From contig BCIN01000001.1 in NCBI GenBank assembly GCA_039545335.1, positions 2,607,136 to 2,671,135 of the forward strand: a DNA stretch of 64,000 nt, in the 5' to 3' direction. Source of the DNA: Kondoa subrosea. Taxonomy: Eukaryota. This document shows positions 1-10,878 of the stretch, one piece after another. A program made the position numbers and the translations under genes. Under the pieces are notes generated by a model. It had not been told where the DNA came from, did not search any database, and was given only the letters and a program-made list of their open reading frames with translations. The first letter of the stretch is position 1; every line of letters starts with the position of its first letter.

Positions 1-580
1 CAGGTGGTCCATGCAGCAGTACACCTCTTGGCGGCCTGACACCCGTATGCAGATAGATTTCAGGATGACATATAGGCATGGCGACGAGTTCAAGTATTTG
101 TTCGATACATTCAGACACTCCTCCTAGATCACATAATCTAGAAGTAGGAGGTGTAGAATCAAGTTTGCTAGAAGATGGTCGTGTTGTACCACCGGTTGAG
201 CGAGAAGATTTGGATCTTTTAGCTGTTGTACCGTTAGTAGAAGGTGAATCTACCCCTGTCCTTGCTTTCCTCTTTGTTGGATTAGGTGACTGAGTGCCAG
301 ATGCGGGTTGAAGCTCTTCTTCATTTAGCAAGACAGCTGCGGAAGTCGAAGCAATAGGTGGTGTAGCAGCTCCAGATGGTAGAGGCTCTTCTATGGGTTC
401 CGCTAACAGACTACCAGCTTCGAAAGCCACAGGCTTAGAGTTGAGATTGATTTTTTGTTTTCGCATAGACGAGTACTTGGCCGTGATCTGTTGATTGAGA
501 AAATTGGTAACCTGTTTCATGTGATTCAGAGGCTGATCCAGTGTCATTGCAGCGTGTCAGCTTGCCTGATTAGGATCCAT
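1..580 (-). CDS. RIX7: AAA ATPase Rix7/NVL (60S biogenesis), N-terminal part; runs off the window start
   Basis: Minus strand translates to ...LCDLGGVSECIEQILELVAMPICHPEIYLHTGVRPPRGVLLHGPP, typical of the Rix7 first AAA domain. Putative ATG at 580 with a GC-AG intron 565-512; further upstream exons cannot be excluded. Confidence 0.88.
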
Positions 581-918
581 TGAATGGTCGACGGCTGAAT
601 AAACACAATCTGAAATTATGCTTGCACTCCTTGGTGCAAGACTGTGACTCGATACATGCTCAGCGGCCGCTCGATTCCACGCTTGCTTGATACCTCTGCT
701 TGATATCCGGGCGTGTTCCTCTCTGGCTTGAAGTGGAAAAGCATTCTGAGCGACTGCTGCAGTCCGTCGCATTCCAAGCTGTACCGTATCTGGGAAGCAG
801 AGTCGGAAATTTCATCTTCTCTGCACTACTCTTTTCGATCAATTCCGTTCTTGTCTTCATTCGCACTCTCTCGCTCGCGTCATCTGTTCTGTACCACGCC
901 AATCAAAGCGCTGTCTAC

Positions 919-3158
919 ATGGACTCTGGACCGCTGTAAGCGACTCGAAAAGCTCGAAAGTCAGCTGCATATTCAAGGACACACAGCTTTCTAGGCATAG
1001 ACGTTGGTTCCACTTCTGCGCGAGCGCTTCTCGTCACGCAAGATGGTAAAATACTCGCAACCGCTATTGAACCGATAACGACGAGAAGAGATGAATTACA
1101 AACTGCAATTTACGAGCAATCTTCTCAGCAAAGTAGGCTCATTTAGAGATCATCCGACTGTTCTCATGATTAATGATAAACCATAGTATGGAATGCTATT
1201 GCTACTTTGTGCAAAGCCGTTCTGGATCAATCAGGCGCAAAGAAAGAGGATATCAAGGGAATAGGTTTCGATACTACTTGTTCTCTCGTCGTTTGCGATT
1301 TCGAGGGCAATCCAGTAGCGGTCTCACCTGATCAAGATCAAAGCGAATATGATGTTATTCTGTGGTGCGATCATCGAGCAACGAAAGAAGCGAAACTCTT
1401 AAATGCTACTGGATCTCATACGCTCAAGTATATGGGTGGATCAGTTGGTGGATTATTTCTGCACACCTAGTGTAAGCTGATTCACTTCCAGGTCATTCCA
1501 GAGATGGCTTTACCTCGCGTGAATAACTGCTGCATCGCTATTGACTTTCCTATAGCTTACCATTTTTTCCAGATCCTTTGGCTCAAGAAACATCTTCCGC
1601 CGAACCGCTTTTCTCAATGTCAATTCTTTGATCTCCCAGACTTCCTGACTTACAAATGTACTGGTAATCCTGTACGAGGAAATTGTTCTTTGATCAATAT
1701 GTGCGGCTACGTTTCTGGTCAAGGTTGGGATAAGAGCATGTTGCGTAAAGTTGGCTTAGGCGAATTAGTGAGCTTTTTTTTCTTGATTTTAAACTGTTGA
1801 GCTAAGTGTTGCAGGTCGATAGAGACTTCGAACAGATTGGCGGAAGTCTTAGACAACCGGTATTGACTGCAGGTCAGCCTGTAGGGAATGGCTTAACGGC
1901 AACAGCAGCGAGTCATCTCGGTTTGGTCGAAGGGACGGCTGTAGGGAGTGCTTTGATCGATTCTTCTTGTGGTTGGACGGGAGTTGCGGCTAGTCAGAAA
2001 GCAGGCGAAAATCCAAGCTTACAAGATGCTGGAAATCGGCTAGTTGGTGTAGCTGGTACATCGACCTGTTTTGTTGTGCAGAGTGAAAAGCCTTGCGAAG
2101 TACCAGGCTGTTGGGGGCCTTATCGAAGCTCTGTCTTTCGCGATTGTGAGCGGCTCTGCTAGGTTCGAACCTCTATAAGCTAAAGTTAGTGCAGATTACA
2201 TGAGCGAAGGAGGGCAATCAGCTTCAGGGCAATTACTGGATTTTATTATCGAAACGCATCCAGCTTACGAAAAGCTCCTTGGCTTGGCTCAAGAAGACGA
2301 TATGCACCCTTTCGAGTATTTAGACCGATATCTTCGACGCCTACAAGAAGATGAAAACAGTCCTTTCCTCACTCACCTCACGCGGAATCTATTCCTTTAC
2401 CCTGACATACATGGTGAGTTCATTCTTCTACCTGCGCAGATCGTACTTATATCCCGGTTAAGGTAATCGAAGTCCTTTGGCCGATCCGACACTCAAAGCT
2501 GTTTGGGTTGGCCTGTCATTAGACAAGACGCTCAAAGACCTTGCTCTCAAGTATCTTGCGGCTTGCGAGTCCTTAGCGTGAGCGATGCTCGCCCTTCCTG
2601 GGCTCCCTTTACTCATCTCAATCGTATTGCAGGCTGCAGACAAGACACATCGTCGAAACACTGAACACAAATGGACAAAGTATCACGTCGATCTTCATGG
2701 GCGGTAAGAATGAAATCAACTGTAAAATGTCCTTGCTCATTTGTGTCCAGGCGGATTGTCACGGAATCATCTACTCATGCAACTTATTGCAAACATCTGC
2801 AATATGCCTGTTCAGCTACCAGCATCTCCGACTCAATCAGTCGTCCTTGGCGCATGCATGCTCGGTGCATGTGCATATTCTCAACAAGGAGTAGACCTAT
2901 CAACACAGTCCAAGATAGAGGAACATGGCATCGCGCTTAGAACAGACTTATGGGATATCATGGTTTGCGATTGCTGTATTTACGTGTTGTTCAAGTCTGA
3001 CATATCCACAGGTCCGAATGTCGCGGCCGGGTACGACTTTACTTCCTTCAGCTAGCCCTCAAGAGAAGAAACTACTGAGGGCGAAGTATCAAATCTTCCA
3101 CGAGATGTTATCGATGCAGAAACGGATTCAGCATGAGATGAATGAAGCAATAGCATAA
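919..3158 (+). CDS. FGGY-family carbohydrate kinase (D-ribulokinase/YDR109C-like), multi-exon
   Basis: Spliced N-terminus FLGIDVGSTSARA; motifs GIGFDTTCSL, VILWCDHRA, FFDLPDFLTY, AGTSTC, VPGCWGPY, EGGQSASGQLLDF, YPDIHGNRSPLADP. Confidence 0.9.
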
Positions 3159-3240
3159 AACTCGTTCCGTGCCTTGCAGTACAGTTACCCACGCATAAAT
3201 CTTTCTCGTACTCGATCAGCCAAATTCCTGTTTTAAGTGT

Positions 3241-5266
3241 ATGCTCCCGCGGCATGCTACATCTTCTAGCATAGACACACATCCACAAACCTCATCACCG
3301 CGTAGAAGATCTCTCACTCTGGCTAACAACTCAGCAAAAGGGAGCGAATACCCATTGGAGGAAGTAGAATCTTTTCTTGAGACTGAAGACGCAGCAGCTA
3401 TGGGAGCTAGCGGTGAATACTCTCGAGGTCGTTATGGCGCGCCTGTCTTGCAGCCTCACAACCAATCAATCCCTTGGTTCAAGCGAAAAGCAGTTCTGGC
3501 AGCTGGTGTAGCCAGTTTGGTAGTCTTGGGCTATCTATTCAGCGGCCCTATCTCTTCTTCTTCTACCTCCTCCCTTTACCCTCCTAATTACGCGCAGGAG
3601 GAACACAAAGCAGGCGCAGGCGTACAGGGGCAGGATGGAGATACAGATTTCTCAGAGTTTGGTTCAGAGGATATCAAAGGTCGACCAGATTTACCTGTTG
3701 CCGACACAAAAGGAGAATGTAGACCAGTACCAGGGAAACCAGAAGGTCAATGGGCTTTGATGATCGATGCTGGGTCAACTGGTTCTCGAATACATATATA
3801 GTCAGTAACTTCCAACCGTCTGCGTTGCTTGATCTGAACGTGATACAACAGTGAATTTGGATGGTGTGCACCTCCGCATTGGAAGCCATCAGATGGAGAT
3901 CCATTACCCACACTCAAACAAGAACTCTTCTTCCAGCTGCAACCTGGACTTTCATCCTATCGTGGCAGACCACAAGCTGCAGCTGATTCTCTCAAACCTC
4001 TAATGGAGGAAGCACTTCAAGCAGTACCTAAATCTGAACAATCTTGTACACCTATTGCCGTAAAAGCAACTGCTGGTCTACGGCTGTTAGGGAAGAAAGA
4101 GTCGGACGCTATCCTAGCGCAAGTGAGGAAAAGCTTAGAGGAAGATTGGCCTTTCTCTGTAATTTCCGAAGCGGAAGAAGGTGTTGCGATAATGGAAGGA
4201 AAAGACGAAGGTGTTTACGCTTGGATCACAATCAACTATCTCTTGGGTTTGATTGGACCTAATGCCAAGAAAGGCGAATCAGCTGCTGTGATGGATCTAG
4301 GTGGTGCATCAACGCAAATCGTCTTTGAGCCTTCTTTCGCTTCCGAAGATGTCACCATTTCTCCTGGTGATCATGTCTACGAGCTCAGCTTGCCAAGTGG
4401 TGACCATACCTTATATCAACACTCTCATTTGGGCTATGGATTAATGCAAGCTAGAAGATCAGTTCACAATCTGATAGCTTTCACTTATGTCTGGCAAGCT
4501 GCACCTAAAGGGAAAGTTGTCGAATGGGAAGATTTAACAGAAGAAGTCGAAATCCCTCATCCATGTATGGTCAAAGATGGACGCAAGAGAGTTGAATTAG
4601 ATCCTCCTGGTCGAGCAACGGTCAATGTTACTTTCGTTGGCACTGGAGCAGGTTTCGATGCGTGTAGAAGGGTTGTTGATGTCATCATGGCAAAAGATGC
4701 GTTGTGTGAAGTGGAACCGTGCGCTTTTGGTGGTGTCTATCAACCGCGATTGATGGAAACTTTCGGAGCTGGTCCAATTTATGCGTAAGTCTTTCGCTAC
4801 CTTGGTCATCTTAGAGATGATTTGAACCTTGATCCCTAGGTTATCTTACTTCTATGATCGGATTATTCCTCTAGGCATTGATTCTTCCCAACCCTTCTCC
4901 ATTTCCGATCTTCGAACATTAGCAATAGATGTCTGTCTTGGTCCAAACCCAGCTTCTGCGCGTCTCAAATCACCTAAAGCGCAAGGCTGGTCAAGATTTA
5001 GGAAATCCAAAGAAGCAATGCATGAACTGAAAGATCGACCTGAGTATTGCTTGGATTTGAGCTTCATGTATAGCTTGTTAAGTTTGGGGTATGAGCTAGC
5101 TGAAGAAAGGACTTTGCGAACGGGGAAGAAGATTGATGGTGTTGAATTGGGATGGTGCGTTCGCAAAATTTTGCAATTGTGATATGCTGATGATGTGTCA
5201 CTTGTTTGCAGGACATTGGGCGCAGCGATAGCGATGCTTGGGGGTGAATTGAAATGCATGGCTTGA
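3241..5266 (+). CDS. GDA1: Golgi guanosine diphosphatase (GDA1/CD39 NTPDase family)
   Basis: N-terminal TM anchor and apyrase conserved regions IDAGSTGSRIH, KATAGLRLL, EGVYAWITINY, DLGGASTQ, and ELGW|TLGAA at the C-terminus. Confidence 0.93.
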
Positions 5267-5325
5267 ATAATGTTCTATTCTGTACAGTAGACATAGGGTT
5301 TGCTATAGACACTTCTATATAGAGG

Positions 5326-5886
5326 TCAATTCTCCTTCCAATCGTGTTTGCACAGACAGCATCTGTCGACACATCAGAGTCTTGCTTTCTTCGGAGCAAG
5401 TAATAACATACTTGTAGAAAGTTGTTGAAGGTTCGTCAGCAGATCTATACAGGATGGTTCGAATGAAGGAAGAGCGCGGCGAGTGATGAGAAGGCATACC
5501 TGATTTGCATTTGAAAGAAGTAAGCTTCCTTGGAATCGCAATCAGGTTTCGGACAGTCAACTATCAACGCATTATCAGCTCAGAGGCGGATGGAAGGCGA
5601 CAATACTCACTCTTGTCCTTTTGAACATTAGTCCAATCCTGAGTCTCACCCATTACATCATCCTTCTCCTTCCGAGCGAATTTCTCTTGAGCGATGTAAA
5701 GCTTGTTGGAAGTAATAGGCCAGCGATAAGGACATGCTTTGCAAATGAAGTATTGCAAGCCTTCGTCTTCGTGACGTTGCACCGTGAGCATGTTAGCGCA
5801 CACAGGGCAGCTGAGCGAAATATAAAAATATAGAAATGCATAAAAACGCAGAACCGAGAGAAAGCAAATAGGACTGACAAGATCAT
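5326..5886 (-). CDS. RPC11: RNA polymerase III subunit C11 (RPC11/POLR3K)
   Basis: Spliced MIFCPVCANML...CKACPY...DDVMG...CPKPDC...AYFFQMQIRSADEPSTTFYKCCLCKHDWKEN*; TFIIS-like zinc ribbon. Confidence 0.93.
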
Positions 5887-6400
5887 CTTGTATAGGTGTC
5901 TCGACTAGGAGATGGACGTGTACAGCGCTAGCAGTGCATGACAGGCGGTTTGCGAACAAGCTCGAGTTGGCGCTGAATTCGTGTATATTAGCCCTGCACA
6001 TCGATGTTGAGGATGTTGGTCTTCTGCGGTCACTCCTTGATCAGATTACCTGAATTCTCGTTTGCAAAGCTTCCCGAAAGGCTTCGCTTAGTCAGCAACT
6101 CAGGTTGACCGCTTTTCGACAAACAGGCTACTCTCTCGTGTTGCGGACAGTACCTACACGTTGCTGGTCTCTCGCATTATCTTCCTGTAGCTAAAGCAAA
6201 AGTGTTTCGTCGACTGCTTTTGTTGAATCGGCTCCCCTGTTTAGTGCATTGAAATCTCGCACCCACTGGTCTCTTCACTTCTACTTCTTCCTGTAATTTG
6301 GTTGCAGGCCACATTGTCTGTCATGTCAAATATCGAGAACAGGTTGAAACTAATGAAGAATCTAATGCATGGATACGAAGTGAGGAAACGTGTGAAAGGA

Positions 6401-7689
6401 CTAGGCTGCCCCTCTTCTAGGCCCTCTCTTTGCTGTGATGTTGCTCTTACTCGAGGTGGCAACATTGCGCGTGGCTCGATTCAATCGTATCTTCTCTAGC
6501 TGTTGCTCCATTTCATCGAGATTTTTTTGCGGAAGAGGCACTTGTCCTCTTTTCAGAGCCTTAGCATTGTGAGCAGTATGCGCAGCGATTATGTCTTCTA
6601 GTTGTTTCGAGGCGTGGCGACTCGTGGGCACCGAACGTCGGTCAGGATTGCATATATCAGCATATTCTATAGGTTCTGGATGGGGTACTTTGTCGTAGGT
6701 GCCCGTAGCGACGCAGTGTCCATGGGTCCAGCTTCGGTGGTCGTGCACGCAATCCCCGACAGGCTTAGCTTCCTTGAGAAATATCCTCTGGAGCGGGAAT
6801 CTATTGTTGCAAGACCTGCAAAGCCATTCTACATCTCGCTGCGATAGAGTAAGCCTTACACTACTGGCGAGCCATCGATCAATACTCACACATTCGGCCA
6901 ACCTTTGATGAAGTTCTTTCTTGACAATGTTCTTGCCTCCGGTCGAACCAGCGGACGAAGCCTAGGACAAGCAATTACAGTATGCTGCGCAGACGAACAG
7001 CAGCGGACGCACAGTATTGATGGCTGACCCTTGAGCAATTGCACCAGGATTCGAGGCAGAAGTCTTTACGGACGAAGCGCATATCAGTACAGGAACTATA
7101 TCTTTGCTCGAAACGCACGGGAATCGATGGAGTATTGGAGGGCAAGACTTGGTTTGTAGCCTGCGCAAGATGTTCTAAAGAAGAGTCCGCTGGGGTATAG
7201 TTAGTATTGTAAGCGGGATTGTGATGAGCTTGAACGATCGACGATGAGGGAGTATGGTTTTGGCCAGGGTACGAGGCTACAGTAGGCGCGATCAGTGCCT
7301 GCGATTATCTCAGCGGAAATTCTACAGCACGTATATAGGGCCTTACAGTGCGCTGGTATGCTTGTTGAGCTACTCGATGAGTTTGCTGGTATGGCGGTCC
7401 GGTAGGTCCGGTAAGCTGTCCATTTGGATTTAGTATTCTAAGCAATGAGAATGCTGCTAATACTGACAGGAGCAGAATGTCTCTGCTGCGCGAGTACGTT
7501 ACTACTAGCTAGACCAGCAGTCGAAAGCGGGTTGTTCTATTGAATACTTCAGATACGGCTAGAGACAGCGAAGCGGCATACCAGCTGTTGAGCAAGCCGA
7601 AGATTTCTCTGAAATTCCTCGTCACTTTCTGGATGCTTCGCAAGCTGAAGAATGCTTTGAAATTCCTTGTCGCTCATTTGGTGATTCAT
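6401..7689 (-). CDS. Orphan paralogue 1 (7 exons): doubled UIM-like motif, low-complexity linker, Cys/His domain, helical tail
   Basis: Six phase-0 GT-AG introns join an open frame MNHQMSDKEFQSILQLAKHPESDEEFQRNLRLAQQL|NNPLST..|LTGPTGPPY..|ALIAP..|TSASNPG..|ASSAG..LAEC|RDVEWLCRSC..GDCVHD..WTHGHCV..PHPEPIEYADI. Shared splice sites are conserved in copy 2. Confidence 0.75.
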
Positions 7690-7761
7690 GTTCGCTGATT
7701 AAGATGTAGCAGAACTGCACAAGACGCAGGAGGGAGAGAGAAAACTGGACAAGACGTAGGG

Positions 7762-7832
<71 letters not shown>
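7762..7832. repeat. (AG)n microsatellite upstream of paralogue 1
   Basis: Perfect AG run ~7771-7823; the equivalent position in unit 2 (~10092-10113) has only a short GA tract. Confidence 0.95.
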
Positions 7833-8901
7833 CAAAATCAAGGCGATTTGGCTGGGTCCACGATTTGGTTAGGCCCGTTCGGCGATAAACGGAATTGCGA
7901 AACGTATGACAGTGCTTGACGAGTAAAGAACAACAAGAACAGATCATATGTACCACGTACAGAGGCATGCTAAAAGCCAGTGATCATATTCGGTATACCG
8001 CATCGATTTTGTACTTCTTTGTGCATCGAGTCTCAGAGTCGCAGCGTGCTCCGTAGACGCCTGGACAGAGGTTGAGGGATACAGACTCTATCAAACGCCA
8101 GTCTTGTAATGGCTCGATTTGACGAATCGCCGCATTGCGAAATCTCCCTTTGACTGCCTTGGACGGCTTTGAGCAGTAGCGAATAACACTTCTCTTCTAG
8201 AGAAACTCGATGCGAGAGAGGAATGAACAATGCTCGCACATACACTTCCGCAAAGGCAAAAGAAACTGCCATTCGCACAGCTAAGAAAGTTCGAGCAGAA
8301 GCAAGCAAACAGCAGAGAGACCATTCGAGAGTTTGACAGATGTAGTAGCAGCGCCAAATAGCAAGATATGCATGCAATGCGATCAGATAGGACAACTAGC
8401 AGTGCATGAAAGGCGGTTTGCGAACAAGCTCGAGTTGACGCCAAATTCGTGTATATTTTGGTATATTAGCCCTGCACATCGATGTGGTGGATGTTGGTCT
8501 TCTGCGGTCACTCCTTGACCAGACTACCTGACAGATTGAATTCTCGTTTGCAAAGCTTCCCGAAAGGCTTCGCTTAGTCAGCAGCTCAGGTTGACCGCTT
8601 TTCGACAAATACTCTCTGGTGTTGCGGACAGTACCTACGCATTGCTGGTCTGTCGCTCTCTCGCATTATCTTCCTGTAGCTAAAGCTAAAGTGTTTTGTT
8701 GACTGCTTTGTTGAATCGGCTCTCCTGTTTAGTGCATTGAAATCTCGCGCCCACTGGTCTCTTGACTTCTACTTCTTCCTACAATCTGGTTGCAGGCCAT
8801 ACTGTACATGGTGTCATTATCGAGAATAGCTTGAAAACAAGAAAGAATCTAATGCATGGATATGATGAAGTGAGGAAGTACATGAAAGAACTAAGCACTA
8901 A

Positions 8902-10051
8902 CTAAGCTACTCTTTTAGAACCTTGTTTTGCTGCGGTTCTGCTCTTGCTTGAGGAGGCACCGTCGCCAAGAGCTCTATTCTCCTGTCTCGCTGCTGCTGC
9001 AGCTAGCTCTTGCTTTATTCGGTCGAGACTTCCTGGCGGAATCTGCCCTCGACCTTGTTTTTTCAGAGCCTCATTTTGAGCGTGATATTGAGCTTCCATG
9101 AATTTCAACGTCTTCTCAGTGTGAGGATTCACAGGCACCAGAGGTCGGTGAGGATTGTGTATATCAGCATAAGCTATAGGTTCTGGATGCGGTACTCTAT
9201 TCCCGGCTTGGTTAACGCAGTGGCCGTTGGTCCAACCTTGACGATCGTGCTTGCATTCTCCAACAGGTTTAGTCTTATTGCAAGCTATATTGTAGAGCGA
9301 GAAGATACTTTTGCAAGACGCGCAACGCCATTTTGTATCTGGCTGTGACAAAGTAAGCCTTGTATAGCACCGGCCATACATAATCCAATACTCACAGAAT
9401 CCTTCAATCGTTCGCGAGCAGGCTTCTTCGGCTCCTGGGCTGCTTCTGCAGGAGTCAAGCGAGGAATCTTTATAGACGAAGCGCATATGAGTACAGGTAC
9501 TATATTTCTGCTCGAAACGTACGGGAACCTTTGGTCTACTAGACGGCAAGACTTGGTTTCTAGCCTGCGAAAGATGTTCTAAAGAAGGGTCTACCGGATT
9601 ATGACCAGCATTGAGAGTGTGATGATGATAAGCTGGAAGGATCGATGATGAGGGAGTATGCTTTTGGCCAGGGTACGAGTCTACACCAGGCGCGATCAGT
9701 GTCTGCGATTATCTCAGCGGAAATTCTACAGCACGTATATAGGGTCTTACAGTGCGCTGGTATGCTTGTGGAGGTCCTTGATGAGTTTGCTGGTATGGCG
9801 GTCCGGTAGGTCCGGTAAGCTGTCCATTTGGACTTAGTATTCTAAGCATTGAGAATGCTGCTACCACTGACAGAAACATGATGTCCCTGCTGCGCGTGTA
9901 CATTACTGCTAGCTGGACCAGCGTTCAAGGGCGCAGAAGAGTTGTTCTATTGAAGACTTCAGATACGGCTAGAGACAGTGAAGCGGCATACCAGCCGTTG
10001 AGCAAGTTGAAGAAATCTCTGAAATTCCTCATCATTCACTTCATCACTCAT
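8902..10051 (-). CDS. Orphan paralogue 2 (6 exons): single UIM-like motif, low-complexity linker, Cys/His domain, helical tail
   Basis: Spliced MSDEVNDEEFQRFLQLAQRL|NNSSAP..|LTGPTGPPY..|TLIAPG..|IPRLTP..LKDS|PDTKWRCASC..GECKHD..WTNGHCV..PHPEPIAYADI. The ORF track entry 8902..9549 reads through two introns. Confidence 0.78.
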
Positions 10052-10878
10052 GTTCGCTGGATAGGATTGGAAAGTACTGAATGGGACTTAGCAGAGGGAG
10101 AGAGAGAGAGGAGAAAATCAAGGGCCCACGATTTGGTTAGGCCCGTTCGGCGATAAACGGAATTGCGAAACGTATGACAGTGCTTGACGAGTTAAGAAAA
10201 GCAAGAATAGATCATACATATCACGTACAGAGGCATGCTAAAAGCTAGTACTTCATATTCGGTATACCGCATCGATTTTGTACTTCTTTGTGCATGAAGT
10301 CTCAGAGTCGTAGCGAGCTCCGTAGACGGCTAGACAAAGGTTGAGAGATACAGACTCTATCCAACGCCAGTCTTGTGATGGCTTGATTTGATGAAGCGCC
10401 GCATTGCGAAATCTCCCTTTGACTGCCTTAGACGGCTTTGAGCAGTAGCGAATAACACTCCTCTTCTTGAGAAACTCGATGCGAGAGAGGAATGAACAAT
10501 GCTCGCACATAGACCTTCCGCAAAGGCAAAAGAAACTGCCATTCGCACAGCTACAGAAAGTTCGAGCAGAAGCAAGCAGACAGCAGAGAGACCATTTGAG
10601 AGTTCGACAAATGTAGTAGCAGCGCCAACTAACAAGATATGCATGCAATGCGATCCGATGGGACAGCGCTGGCAGTGCATGAGAGGCTGTTTGCGGACAA
10701 GCTCGAATGATGTTTTCTCCAGACGGTCATTCGTCGGTGTCAATTCGTCGGCCTCCGCCTGCTTGGCTATCAAGCTTCCATTGACCGTCGTTCAAGCGGG
10801 CAAGCTGGCCTCAGCAGCATCTCTCGCCATCAACTATACAATAAACACAGGATCTTGGTGTCCCGCTTTCTCGTGGTC

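Larger units (their letters stand above)
5921..10710. repeat. Direct tandem duplication: unit 1 ~5927-8396, unit 2 ~8397-10668, plus ~40 bp start of a third unit
   Basis: Junction sequence ctagcagtgcatga(c/a)aggcggtttgcgaacaagctcga recurs near 5927 and 8397, and slightly diverged near 10669. Long collinear near-identical blocks such as 7850-8390 vs 10120-10660 and 5927-6300 vs 8397-8800. Confidence 0.95.

Noticed and set aside
5921..10710. Tandem repeat as a transposable element or LTR pair
   Set aside because: No transposase, RT, integrase or helicase motifs, and no terminal inverted repeats or TG..CA ends seen; each unit holds an intron-rich host-like gene.
8033..10773. ORFs 8033..8395, 8091..8444, 10253..10648, 10357..10773 and 10499..11167 as genes
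   Set aside because: Equivalent DNA in the two units has frame-shifting indels and different stops, so the frames are not conserved.
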